A DNA stretch of 33,973 bases. Source: Elusimicrobiota bacterium (GTDB lineage: Bacteria; Elusimicrobiota; Elusimicrobia; UBA1565). Of this stretch, positions 16,938 through 26,658 are shown in pieces; the first letter of the stretch is position 1, and every line of letters begins with the position of its first letter. The notes under the pieces are model-generated. The model was not told the origin of the DNA. It did not search any database and saw only the letters and a list, made by a program, of their open reading frames with translations. The position numbers and the translations under genes are program-made. The stretch lies in contig JBDREN010000121.1 in assembly GCA_043819795.1 (NCBI GenBank), positions 1-33,973 of the forward strand. The letters are read 5' to 3'.

Positions 16938-19250
16938 ATGGCGAGCAAGCATTTCGGGGCGGGACTATTCACGATCATCTTAGGGTCCTCCATGGTCTTG
17001 GCGGGCGCGGGGCATGCCTCGGCCGAGCGGGCGGCCTATTACGGCTTCGATGAGGGGGGCGGGAGCGTCGCCCACGACGGCAGCGGCAACGGCAACGACG
17101 GATCCCTGTCCGGCCCGACCTGGACCGCCGGCTTTTCGGGCAACGCCCTGAGCTTCGACGGGAACGACTACGTTCGGGCGCCGGACGACGACAGCCTGGA
17201 CATCACCGGCTCGCTCACCGTGGAAGCTCGGGTCAAGATCGCGCACAAGGACGGCGTGGGCACCGACTGCATCGTCGCCAAGCAGGAGGCGCTCGGATAC
17301 GACGTGAACTACCACATGTCGTACCGGAACCAGAACGACGCGTTCCAGTTCCGCGTCGGGAACCTCTCGGCCTCCACCCCGGTCAACTCCCAGACCCATC
17401 CGGCGACGGGCGTCTGGTACCACCTCGCCGGGGTGTACGACGGCTCCAGCGTGAAACTCTACGTGGACGCCAAGCTGGAGGACGCCTCCTACGACGTCGT
17501 CCCCTTGGCGGGCAACAACGGCCCGCTGGAGATCGGCGCGAGCCACACAAAGGACACCGCCCCCAATTACTGGTTCAACGGCGTCATCGACGAGCTCGTC
17601 ATCCACAAGAGAGCCCTGAGCCCGGACGAGGTGGCCGCGCGCTACGGAGCCTGGCTGCGCGACGCCTACGCTGAGGACGCCTCCGGTGAGGGGGCCGGCA
17701 TCCAGGCTGGCGACGAGGCGACCATCCGCTTCAGCTATGCGACGGAGGGCAATCCGATCACCGCCGCCGACATAGACACCGCCCTTTCCTTGGACGGCGG
17801 TTCGTGGCTGGACGGAAACGGCGGGATAGGGAGCGCCATCTGGAGCACCGGCCGCTATCCCAACGACACCCTCACGATCGCGTTGAGCGTGGACGGCGGC
17901 GTCCCGACCGTCGCTCCGGGAGCGGTCATCACTCTGGACGGCGCCGCCATCAAGAACGGCTTGGGCGAGCCCATCGAGGACTCCGTGGCCATCCGGGGCA
18001 GCTTCGATCACAGCTATCCTCCGGACGTTGCCGGCCACTGGAAGTTCGACGAAGGTGAAGGGATCACGGCCTTTGATGCCACCGGCCACGGCAATGACGG
18101 ACGGATATACGGGGCGACCCGGGAGACCGGGATCGCGGGCGGCGCCCTGAGCTTCGACGGCAACGACCAGGTCAAAGTGCCGAACGCCGACAGCCTGAAC
18201 ATCGCGGGCCCGCTCACCGTGGAGGCATGGGTCTACATGACCCAGAAGGACGGCGTGGGCACCGACACCATCATCGTCAAGCAGCAGCGCAGTGGATACC
18301 GGGTCAACTATCACCTGGCGTACAGCAACATGGAGGATAGATTCCGATTCAGGGTCGGCAACATGTCCAGGGATACCTCTCTGTATTCCGAGACCGTCCC
18401 CGAGACGGGGCTCTGGTACCATCTCGCCGGCGTCTACGACGGGACGAGCATGAAGCTCTACATCAACGCCGAGGAGGAGGCCGCAACATCGGCCGCGCCG
18501 CCTCCGGGCGGCAACGACGGGCCTTTGGAGATCGGCTCGGGGCATACGAAGGATACCGCTCCCAACTACTGGTTCAACGGCCTCATCGACGAACCCGCCG
18601 TCTACTCCAGAGCCTTGAGCGCCGAAGAGGTGCGCCGCCGTCATAGCCTGAACGACCCACCCGTGGCGGTGGCCGGCGCGGACCTGATCGTGGCCATGGG
18701 AGACCCGGTCCAGCTCGACGGAAGCGGCAGCTCCGACCCGGATTCCAATCCCCTGAGCTTCGCCTGGGGCTTCGCCTCCACGCCTTCGGGGAGCTCGGCC
18801 GAGCTGAGCGACCCTGCCGCGGAGCGGCCGGAGTTCACGCCCGACGCGGCCGGCGACTACCTCCTAAGTCTCGTGGTCAACGACGGGTACGTGGACAGCG
18901 AGCCCGACACCGTGACGGTGACGGCGCTCACAGTCGAGGACAAGCTGACGCAGGCGTTGGACGAGAGCGTCGAGACGATCGAGGCTATCGCGGACGAGGA
19001 CATGAAGGCCCCGGACCAGAAAGGCGCGCTCGGCAACAAGCTGGACGTGGTGCTCAAGGAAATCGGTCGAGGGAAATATTCGAGCGCCCTCAAGAAGCTG
19101 AAGACAGACATCGCTCCAAAATCCGATGGCTGCGCCGGCGCCGGCGCGCCGGACGCCAACGACTGGATCAGGACCTGCCAGGCGCAGGGCCGGGTCCGCC
19201 CGCTGATCGACGAGGCCGCGCGCCTCTTGGACAGGCTCATCAACCCATGA
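16938..19250 (+). CDS. Secreted protein with two LamG-like jelly-roll domains, a PKD-like domain and a helical C-terminal domain
   Basis: Signal peptide. Two FDEG.G..A.D..G.GNDG...WYHLAGVYDG....LY...FNG.IDE units, then NDPPVAVAG..LDGSGSSDPD. GAGGAGG SD. Confidence 0.85.
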   Translation: MASKHFGAGLFTIILGSSMVLAGAGHASAERAAYYGFDEGGGSVAHDGSGNGNDGSLSGPTWTAGFSGNALSFDGNDYVRAPDDDSLDITGSLTVEARVKIAHKDGVGTDCIVAKQEALGYDVNYHMSYRNQNDAFQFRVGNLSASTPVNSQTHPATGVWYHLAGVYDGSSVKLYVDAKLEDASYDVVPLAGNNGPLEIGASHTKDTAPNYWFNGVIDELVIHKRALSPDEVAARYGAWLRDAYAEDASGEGAGIQAGDEATIRFSYATEGNPITAADIDTALSLDGGSWLDGNGGIGSAIWSTGRYPNDTLTIALSVDGGVPTVAPGAVITLDGAAIKNGLGEPIEDSVAIRGSFDHSYPPDVAGHWKFDEGEGITAFDATGHGNDGRIYGATRETGIAGGALSFDGNDQVKVPNADSLNIAGPLTVEAWVYMTQKDGVGTDTIIVKQQRSGYRVNYHLAYSNMEDRFRFRVGNMSRDTSLYSETVPETGLWYHLAGVYDGTSMKLYINAEEEAATSAAPPPGGNDGPLEIGSGHTKDTAPNYWFNGLIDEPAVYSRALSAEEVRRRHSLNDPPVAVAGADLIVAMGDPVQLDGSGSSDPDSNPLSFAWGFASTPSGSSAELSDPAAERPEFTPDAAGDYLLSLVVNDGYVDSEPDTVTVTALTVEDKLTQALDESVETIEAIADEDMKAPDQKGALGNKLDVVLKEIGRGKYSSALKKLKTDIAPKSDGCAGAGAPDANDWIRTCQAQGRVRPLIDEAARLLDRLINP

Positions 19251-20377
19251 CCCAGAGAATCTACCGATACGGCTTCCCGACCGAGATCCACTTCGGCGCG
19301 GGCTCGCGAAAGCTCTTGACCGAGAAGCTCGCGGAACTCGGCTCGTCGCGTCCCCTCGTGGTCACGGACAAGACCGTGGCTAGGCTTGGGTTCTTCAAGG
19401 AGATCGTCAAGCTCGCTCCAGGATCCGCCGTCTACCGGGGAGTGGAAGGCAACCCCGTCGGCGCGCAGGTCGCCGAGGGAACGAAAGCCTACATGGATCA
19501 CGGCGCGGACTCCCTCGTCGCGGTGGGCGGAGGCGCGGCCATCGACGTGGCCAAGGCCGTGGCCGTGACGGCGAACCACCCGGGGAGCATCTTCGATTAC
19601 GAGGACGGCGTCCCCGGCCAGAAGCCCATCGACGGGGAGGTCCCCGCAATCGTCGCGATCCCCACCACGGCCGGGACCGGGAGCGAAGTGGGAAGGAGCA
19701 CGGTGATCTCGGCCGACGACACCAAGCGCAAGAAGATCATCTTCTCGCCGAAGCTGATGCCCAGGATCGTGCTCATGGACCCGGAGCTGACCGTCGGTCT
19801 TCCCGCCGGCGTCACGGCGGCCACCGGCATGGACGCGCTCAGCCACCTGGTGGAGGCATACCTCACCCCGGCGGACTACAACCCGCTCTGCGACGGGATA
19901 GCCCTGGAGGGGCTCCGCCTGGTCGCGAAAAGCCTGGCCAAGTGCGTGCGGACGCCCGGGGACCTGGAGGCCCGAGGCGACATGATGAACGCCGCGCTCA
20001 TGGGCGCGGTGGCCTTCCAGAAAGGCCTGGGGGCCGTGCACTCCTGCGCGCACTCCCTCTCCACGGTAGTGGACCTGCACCACGGGCTCGGCATCGGGAT
20101 CATGCTCCCCTACGTGATGGAGTTCAACCAGCCGGCCGTTCCCGAGAAGTTCGACATCATGGCCAGGACGGTCCGGGCCTCGGACTTCGTGGGGTGGCTC
20201 AAGGGCCTCAAGGAGGTCGTGGGCATCCCCAAGACCCTCGGCCCCGCGGGGGTCAAGGCGGAGCACATCGGTCCTCTAGTCGAGGTCGCGGTGAAAGACG
20301 TGTGCCATCCCCTCAATCCCCGGCCCGTCACGGAAGAGGACTTCCGCCGCCTCTTCGAAAAAGCGTTGTCCGGTTGA
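19247..20377 (+). CDS. Iron-containing alcohol dehydrogenase
   Basis: GGGAAIDVAK, IPTTAGTGSE, GMDALSHLVE, VHSCAHSL and HHG motifs. Confidence 0.92.
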   Translation: MTQRIYRYGFPTEIHFGAGSRKLLTEKLAELGSSRPLVVTDKTVARLGFFKEIVKLAPGSAVYRGVEGNPVGAQVAEGTKAYMDHGADSLVAVGGGAAIDVAKAVAVTANHPGSIFDYEDGVPGQKPIDGEVPAIVAIPTTAGTGSEVGRSTVISADDTKRKKIIFSPKLMPRIVLMDPELTVGLPAGVTAATGMDALSHLVEAYLTPADYNPLCDGIALEGLRLVAKSLAKCVRTPGDLEARGDMMNAALMGAVAFQKGLGAVHSCAHSLSTVVDLHHGLGIGIMLPYVMEFNQPAVPEKFDIMARTVRASDFVGWLKGLKEVVGIPKTLGPAGVKAEHIGPLVEVAVKDVCHPLNPRPVTEEDFRRLFEKALSG

Positions 20378-20487
20378 GACTTATTCGCCTTTCAACACCT
20401 GCCGCCTAAGGTCCTAGGCCCCGGGCCTAGGCCGTCCTGGGACCAACGTCTCTCGCGCGCGTACGGGATTCCGCCTAACGTAATAGT

Positions 20488-21720
20488 ATGAGACGGATCG
20501 TAGCCGGAATCCTCGCCGCAAGCCTGGCCCTCCCCTCGTCATGCTTGGCGCAGATCGCCAGGGTGCCCGTCGTCCGGGCACCCATCACCGGCGCGGCTGG
20601 CGTTGCGGGCATGGCCGGGGCGGGAGCGAAGACCGGCCTTCCTCAGTCGAACGCGCTTCCGGCCGCTTTCGGTCTCCCCTCATCCGATTTCTACTGGCCC
20701 ACGGTCCTCGCTCCCTTGGGAACGCCGGCGGCCCAGGCCCGGCCGGCCGCCGCGGCGAGCTTCCAGAAGGCGAAGGCCGCCCCCATCCGCGCGGCCGCCG
20801 ACGCGGCGCCGTCTGGCTCCGCTGCAAACGGATACGTTTCCGCCTCGCCGGCTTCCCCGAAGAAAGGGGTCCGCGCCGGCCTCACGCGTCTGATCGAGCG
20901 CGGCCCCCTCGGCCGCGCGTCCCTGTCGCGGCTCTTCGACGGGTTCCGCGCCAAGCGCGCGCCCGCGGACATCGCGGCCCCGACGCATTACGGCCCCGAG
21001 CTGACCGACGCCGGCCGCCTAAGCGACCGCCGCTACGCGGCTTTGATCGAGGCGGCTCCCAGGACGATCTTCCGCGACCGCACGGTGCCCGCGCCGAAGC
21101 CGGGCCGCCGCCACAAGCGGGGCGCGCGGAAGCCCGCCCTGCTCGAGCGCATGCGCAAGACCGACGCCAACGTCTACTCCCACATGGCCCGCGTCGGCCT
21201 GCTGGCGGGCCTCGTGGCCCTGAAGATGGGCCTCGGCCTGGACTTGGCCCGGCGCGTGACCTGGACCGCGACCCTTCACGACGTCGGCAAGATGGAGCAG
21301 GAGATTTTGGCCGTCATCAGCAAGCGGGGCAAGCTGAACGAGGAAGAGCGGCGCGTCATGGAGCGCCATACGGTCCGCGGAGCCGAGATGCTGCTCGAGG
21401 CCGAGGACCTGGACCCGGAGATCCAGGCCGACGCCGTCCTCGTGGCCCTGAACCATCACGAGCGGATGGACGGAACGGGCTATCCCCGGGCCCTGCCGGG
21501 CTCGCAGATCCCTATTCAAGCGCGCATCACCTCCGTGGCCGACTTCCTGGACGCCCTCATGGAGAACCGGCCTTATCAGGACGGCCGGAGCCTGGAGAAG
21601 GCGATGGAGATCATCGAGGGTGAAGCCTCCCGGCTCGATCCCCTCGCCCTGAAGGCCTTGCACGGCATCATAAGCGATATGATCCGGCCCGAAGCCGCCC
21701 CGGCCGCCGGCGCCCGATAG
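20488..21720 (+). CDS. HD-GYP domain protein with signal-peptide-like, Ala/Pro-rich N-terminus
   Basis: YSHMARV, LHDVGK, HTVRG, HHERMDGTGYP and VADFLDAL..RPY motifs. Confidence 0.88.
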   Translation: MRRIVAGILAASLALPSSCLAQIARVPVVRAPITGAAGVAGMAGAGAKTGLPQSNALPAAFGLPSSDFYWPTVLAPLGTPAAQARPAAAASFQKAKAAPIRAAADAAPSGSAANGYVSASPASPKKGVRAGLTRLIERGPLGRASLSRLFDGFRAKRAPADIAAPTHYGPELTDAGRLSDRRYAALIEAAPRTIFRDRTVPAPKPGRRHKRGARKPALLERMRKTDANVYSHMARVGLLAGLVALKMGLGLDLARRVTWTATLHDVGKMEQEILAVISKRGKLNEEERRVMERHTVRGAEMLLEAEDLDPEIQADAVLVALNHHERMDGTGYPRALPGSQIPIQARITSVADFLDALMENRPYQDGRSLEKAMEIIEGEASRLDPLALKALHGIISDMIRPEAAPAAGAR

Positions 21721-21799
21721 CCTCAAGGACCCGTCTCCCCCTAACCCGTAACCGCCCGAGCCACCCCGATCCGGCTTTTTGATAGGATAGTCCCGTCCC

Positions 21800-22621
21800 A
21801 TGACCCGGCGCATGCGAGACCTCTACACATCCGACGCTCTGAGCGTGGCCCTCTACGACGCCCTGGAAGGGGCTTCCCTGGACTCCCCCATCCACGGCGA
21901 CCGGGAGTTCTTCCTCAAGGTTGCCCGTAAGACCGGCGGCCCTGTCCTCGAACTGGGGGTGGGCACCGGCCGGGTGGCGCTCCACCTGGCGGAGAAGGGC
22001 TTCATGGTCACCGGTCTCGACGCCTCGCCGCATATGCTCAAGGTGGCGCGCGGCAAGCTGACGCCGGCCCTGAAGAGCCGGGTACGGCTCGTGCGCGGCG
22101 ATATGGCGCGCTTCGACCTGCGCCGGAAATTCCGCCTCATCATCATCCCCTTCCGCGCGTTCCAGTATCTCAAGACCCCGGCGAAACAGCGGGCCTGTCT
22201 CGGATGTGTTCGCCGCCATCTCGCTCGGGGCGGCCGTTTCATCGTGGACATCTTCGATCCCCGCCTGGACTACTGCCTGCCGCCTCCCCGAAAGACCCCG
22301 ACCTGGCGCAAGAGGGTCAGGCACCCCGCGACCGGCGACCGGGTGGAGGCCCGCAACAAGGACAGACGGCCCGACCCGTTCACCCAGACCTTCGCCGAGA
22401 CCACGGAGTATACGGTGCAAGACCGGCGGGGACGCGTGAAACGCCGCTCGTGCGAGAGGCTCGCCTTGCGCTGGACGTACCGCTACGAGATGCTATACCT
22501 GCTGGAACTCGCGGGCTTCAAAGTGCTCGCCTGCTATGGGGACTTCAAGGGAGGCCCCCCTCGCTACGGGGCGGAGCAGGTGTGGGTGGCGACGCGAACC
22601 GAACGGAGCCGCGGAAAATGA
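21800..22621 (+). CDS. Class I SAM-dependent methyltransferase
   Basis: VLELGVGTGR, GLDASPHML, GDMARF and L..GGRF.VD motifs. Confidence 0.9.
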   Translation: MTRRMRDLYTSDALSVALYDALEGASLDSPIHGDREFFLKVARKTGGPVLELGVGTGRVALHLAEKGFMVTGLDASPHMLKVARGKLTPALKSRVRLVRGDMARFDLRRKFRLIIIPFRAFQYLKTPAKQRACLGCVRRHLARGGRFIVDIFDPRLDYCLPPPRKTPTWRKRVRHPATGDRVEARNKDRRPDPFTQTFAETTEYTVQDRRGRVKRRSCERLALRWTYRYEMLYLLELAGFKVLACYGDFKGGPPRYGAEQVWVATRTERSRGK

Positions 22622-23382
22622 CAATACGCGCATCGAAAGACTGGTGGAAAGGATTCTTCGACCCGGCGTTCTATACGCCGGCCGGGCCGGCCCAACTCCG
22701 CCAGGCCAAGATCGAGGCCGCGTTCGCGGCCAAAGCCTTGGGCCTGCGGCGGGGGGCGGCCGTCCTCGACCTCTGCTGCGGGCCGGGGAGACATTCCATC
22801 GCTCTGGCGCGGAAGGGCTTCCGCGTGACGGGCCTCGACTACTCGGCCCCCTATATCCGGGAAGCCCGGCGCAAGGCTCGCGAGGAGCGCGTCGCCACCC
22901 GCTTCGTCAAGGGCGATATGAAGGCCCTCGACTTCCGAAGCGAGTTCGACGGCGTCATCAACGTCTTCACCAGCTTCGGCTACTTTCACAAGCAGAGCGA
23001 CAACCTGAAGGTCCTGCGCGGCGTGGCGAAGGCCCTGAAGCCCGGCGGGATGTTCCTGATCGAGATGCTCAACGGAGACTGGCTCCGCCGCAACTTCAAA
23101 CCTCGCGACTGGTTCCGTCTCGACAAGGGAGGATACCAGCTCGAGGAGCGCAAGCTGACGCACGGACAGCGGCGCGTGCTCGCGAAATGGATACATATCT
23201 TCCCGGGAGCCCGGATCGTCGAGAGGCAGCTAACCCATCACCTCTACGACAAGAGTTCCCTGTCCGGCCTTCTGCGCAAGGCGGGCCTGCGGCCGGTCCG
23301 CTTCTGGGGCGGGCTCGACGGCCGGCCCTTCGGGAAGCATCCCCACCGCCTCGTCGCGCTGGCCAGAAAAAGCTCCGCCTGA
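22618..23382 (+). CDS. Class I SAM-dependent methyltransferase
   Basis: VLDLCCGPGRH, GLDYS, GDM, NVFTSFGYF and LKPGG motifs. ATGA overlap sets the start at 22618. Confidence 0.9.
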   Translation: MTIRASKDWWKGFFDPAFYTPAGPAQLRQAKIEAAFAAKALGLRRGAAVLDLCCGPGRHSIALARKGFRVTGLDYSAPYIREARRKAREERVATRFVKGDMKALDFRSEFDGVINVFTSFGYFHKQSDNLKVLRGVAKALKPGGMFLIEMLNGDWLRRNFKPRDWFRLDKGGYQLEERKLTHGQRRVLAKWIHIFPGARIVERQLTHHLYDKSSLSGLLRKAGLRPVRFWGGLDGRPFGKHPHRLVALARKSSA

Positions 23383-23498
23383 GGCATCGGCGGCTCCCGT
23401 CGAGAGGCGTTAGTCCTACACGGACCTAGGCCCCGATTCAGGCCGAGCCTTCCCCATAAGCCTCATGCCGCCCCCGGACATGTCCGGCATCCTATGGG

Positions 23499-24995
23499 AT
23501 GATGGTGAGCTTGCTCCAGCGCGCGGCCTGGAAGAAGGCCACGGCCGTGCTGATCGTGGCGGCGCTCGTGTCCGCGTGCCCGGGCCTTCCGGCCGCGCGG
23601 GCCGCCGGCGTCGTCCTGGCCCCGGTCAAGGCGCAGTCCATGACGCTCGGCCAGCCGGGCGCCTTCACCGGCGGAGCGCAGCCGGGACCGCAGGCCGACC
23701 TCCATCCGATCTCGCGCGGTCCGTCGCTCGACAGCGTCCTGCCGGGCGCCTCCGGTCCCAGTGTTCGCGGGCGCGCCCATGCCGACGCCGATGCGCCGTC
23801 CCCCGCGAGGGTCCAAGCGGCGGCCCCGGTCACGGGCACACCCGCGTCCCCGTCCGGGCCCGCCATCCGACCGGAACCGTCGGCTCAAAGGACCGCGGCC
23901 GCGCGGCCCGCCGTGCGCGCCGCGCTTTCGCGTCATGTCTCGAAGCTTCATCAGGCGCGACGGAACGATCCCTCGGGAATCCGGACTTCAGCCGCGCTCC
24001 ATGATCTCTATCATGGCGCTCAGCGCTCCGGCGGCGACGCGGCGGCAGCCCCCGTTCGGGGCGCCGAATCGCGGAACCCGGACGCGGGCCTGCGAAAAAG
24101 CCCGACCGGACTCCGCGAGAAAGATGCCGACGCGCAAAGAGGCGTCGAGCGGCTGGACGCCGGCCAAGCACCCGCCGAGGCCGGAAACGCGAAGCCCAAG
24201 TCCTCCCTGTCGCGCTCCTTCAAGATCGGGATCGTCGCGGCCGCGATCGGCCTGATCTTCCAGTTCGTCATCCCCGTCGTGGCTTCCGCCTTCGGTTGGG
24301 AGCCCCATCCCGGCTACAAGGGCCCGAGCCCGGACATGGTCAAGAGCGCGGTGGACGCGGTCCGGCTGTGGACCGCCGCCGTGGTCATGGCCCCGATCAC
24401 CGAGGAGGTCCTTTTCCGCGGCGGGCTCATGGGCGGGCTGTCCTGGCTCGGCTCCAAGCTGGGCAAGAGCGGGGTGCTGCGCTTCTGGGTCCCGGCCATC
24501 CTGAGCTCGCTCGTCTTCGTCGCGGTCCATGAGACCGCCGACCCGGTCCTCTTCTCAACCCGGTTGATCGGCGCGCTGATCATGGCCCGCGTCTTCCACA
24601 AGGAGGGCCTCTTCGCCTCCACCGCCATGCACATGGCGCACAACGCCTTCGCCATGAGCGGCCTGATGGGCCTGGTCCTCTTCGGCAAAGCCGGCGCGGC
24701 GGCGGCCGTGCTCGGAGCCGCCGGCATCGGTCTCGGGCTCTCCATCTACTCCTGGCTGAGCCTCAGGAAAGACCGGAAGGCGCGAAAGGAAGGGCTCGTC
24801 GTGCCTTACCGCCTCACCCCGGCGCGGGCGCTGGTCCTTGCCCTGATCAGCGTCGCCGGAGTGGCCTTCGCCTCTCTATCTCCCCTGACGAACGTGCTGT
24901 GGGGCGGCGCGGCGTTGGCCCTCGTCCTCTACGCGGTCGTGAGCGGACGCCTCCGCGGCCCTCCGAAGCGAGGCGGCAAGCGCCCCGCCGCGTAA
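23499..24995 (+). CDS. CPBP (CAAX/Abi) intramembrane glutamic endopeptidase with signal-peptide-like, Ala/Pro-rich N-terminus
   Basis: APITEEVLFRG, FVAVH and MHMAHN motifs among multiple TM segments. Confidence 0.85.
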   Translation: MMVSLLQRAAWKKATAVLIVAALVSACPGLPAARAAGVVLAPVKAQSMTLGQPGAFTGGAQPGPQADLHPISRGPSLDSVLPGASGPSVRGRAHADADAPSPARVQAAAPVTGTPASPSGPAIRPEPSAQRTAAARPAVRAALSRHVSKLHQARRNDPSGIRTSAALHDLYHGAQRSGGDAAAAPVRGAESRNPDAGLRKSPTGLREKDADAQRGVERLDAGQAPAEAGNAKPKSSLSRSFKIGIVAAAIGLIFQFVIPVVASAFGWEPHPGYKGPSPDMVKSAVDAVRLWTAAVVMAPITEEVLFRGGLMGGLSWLGSKLGKSGVLRFWVPAILSSLVFVAVHETADPVLFSTRLIGALIMARVFHKEGLFASTAMHMAHNAFAMSGLMGLVLFGKAGAAAAVLGAAGIGLGLSIYSWLSLRKDRKARKEGLVVPYRLTPARALVLALISVAGVAFASLSPLTNVLWGGAALALVLYAVVSGRLRGPPKRGGKRPAA

Positions 24996-25088
24996 GGCCT
25001 CCCGCCGGGCAAGCGCCCAGTGGTCCGATATCCCCCCTGGACGGGATGCAGCGACCTCCAGAAACGTTCACCTATTTCGTGGCGAGCC

Positions 25089-26129
25089 CTAAGGGCTTCG
25101 CATGGGCTTGATGCGGGCTTCGAGGTCCTCCGCGGGCCGCTTCGGGTCAAGCGAGCGGAACACCTCGATCGTCGCCGGCCAGTCCTTGCCGGCCGCCTCA
25201 TAGACCGCCTCGAAGCGGCTCAAATCCTCACAGTAGAGCCGGTTGGCCAGAATGAAGGCGTTGTTGAGCGCGGGTCCCAGCTCTAAGCCCATCGACTTGA
25301 GGCGCGCCCGCCCCCTTGCGAAGACCTCCTCCCGGCGCTCGAGCTTCTCCTTTTCCCCCGCCGCGCTCCGATAGAGAACGTCGAGCTCCGAGTGAAGCTC
25401 CCCCAGGACGCCGGCCAGAAGGCCGTCGCGTTCAAGGCGCGCTCGAAAACCAGCCAAATCCTTCGAGTCGGGCCCGAAGCGGAGGGCGAGGAAGTCCTCG
25501 GCGCCCTGGTTCCCGACGAACGTGGCGAGGGCCTCGTTGAAGCCGGTATGGTCCTTGAAGCTCACGGTCCCGTGGGTCAGCTCATGGATGAGGAGCGCCG
25601 CGAGCTCCCCTGGTGGATAATCCAGGACCGGCGACGGGAGGGGATCGGAGAGCCAGAGCGGGGTATTGTAGGCCGCCACGCCCCCCAGATAGACATCGTA
25701 GCCCCGCCGCTCGAGTCCGCGCGCCTCACGCCGGGCGGCAGCCTGTTTGAAGTACCCCTTGTAAGGGAAACGGCCGATGAAGGGGAAGGACCAAAGATAC
25801 GGCTCGAAGGACGTCCTTCGCGAGGCCACGACGATCGTCGTCACGCGGTCTCCGCCGACTTCGGAGACCGTGGAATAGTCGCGGCTGCGCTCCAGCCCCA
25901 TCGCCCCGAAAGCGAAGTCGCGGACATCCGACGCCAGTCGCAGCTTCTCCTTGAGCGGCTCCGGGGTCCGGGGGTCGTCCAGAAGCTTGACCATGCTCCG
26001 GCGCCGCGCCAGCAGGCCGACGTGTCCCGCCGCGGAGTGGTAGGCATAAGGAAGCGAGCAGGCGCACAGGAGCGCCGCCGCCAGAAGCGGCGTCCACCGG
26101 CGGCCGAAGCTCCCGAGGGATCTGGCCAT
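25089..26129 (-). CDS. Putative zinc aminopeptidase lipoprotein
   Basis: Lipobox LCAC, W.FPFIGRFPYKGYF, AYNT..WLSDPL, HELTH and FNEALATFV motifs. Confidence 0.85.
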   Translation of the reverse strand: MARSLGSFGRRWTPLLAAALLCACSLPYAYHSAAGHVGLLARRRSMVKLLDDPRTPEPLKEKLRLASDVRDFAFGAMGLERSRDYSTVSEVGGDRVTTIVVASRRTSFEPYLWSFPFIGRFPYKGYFKQAAARREARGLERRGYDVYLGGVAAYNTPLWLSDPLPSPVLDYPPGELAALLIHELTHGTVSFKDHTGFNEALATFVGNQGAEDFLALRFGPDSKDLAGFRARLERDGLLAGVLGELHSELDVLYRSAAGEKEKLERREEVFARGRARLKSMGLELGPALNNAFILANRLYCEDLSRFEAVYEAAGKDWPATIEVFRSLDPKRPAEDLEARIKPMRSP

Positions 26130-26269
26130 CTTCCCACAGAGTGTAGGCCCGGGCGGCGAGCTTTTCAAGGAGTCCGGCGTAGGTCCCGCCTCCGACTGGG
26201 CCCCTTGTCTGGCCGTCCTTGGGACCAAGGCCCCAACCCTCCGGCGCGCGCAAGGCCTACACTATGGTC

Positions 26270-26641
26270 ATGAAACGATCACTTATCGCCTTCGCCGCTA
26301 TCGTCTCTCTCGCGACCGTGGCCTTTGCCGCGGCCACGCAGATCTACTACGTCGACATCAGGCCCGACAGGTCCGACGACTGCAAGTACAACTCCTGGAT
26401 CGGGATCAACTTCTCCGTGCGCACCGACGACGGGATGATCCACCATCGGGAGCACGCCGCCTGCGGCTACACCCTGCGCAGGAGCTTCTCGGAGAAAGGC
26501 GTCGAGTGCAGGATCGACTCCAACATGTGCGGCGACCACAGCTATTACGGAGGCCGCGGCGAGATCGAGGTCGAATGCCGGCTCGATAACGGCGGGCACT
26601 GGCGCACCGAGACCGCCCAGATCGAGTGCCCCGAGAGCTGA
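26270..26641 (+). CDS. Small secreted six-Cys protein, paralog A
   Basis: Signal peptide MKRSLIAFAA... Shares WIGINFSVRTDDG, CGYTL and RGEIE.EC with the next gene. Confidence 0.85.
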   Translation: MKRSLIAFAAIVSLATVAFAAATQIYYVDIRPDRSDDCKYNSWIGINFSVRTDDGMIHHREHAACGYTLRRSFSEKGVECRIDSNMCGDHSYYGGRGEIEVECRLDNGGHWRTETAQIECPES

Positions 26642-26658
26642 ACCGGAGGACTTCCCCA

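Noticed and set aside
23499..24995. Phage abortive-infection system from the Abi-family label
   Set aside because: CPBP/Abi motifs indicate an intramembrane protease, and there is no defence context.
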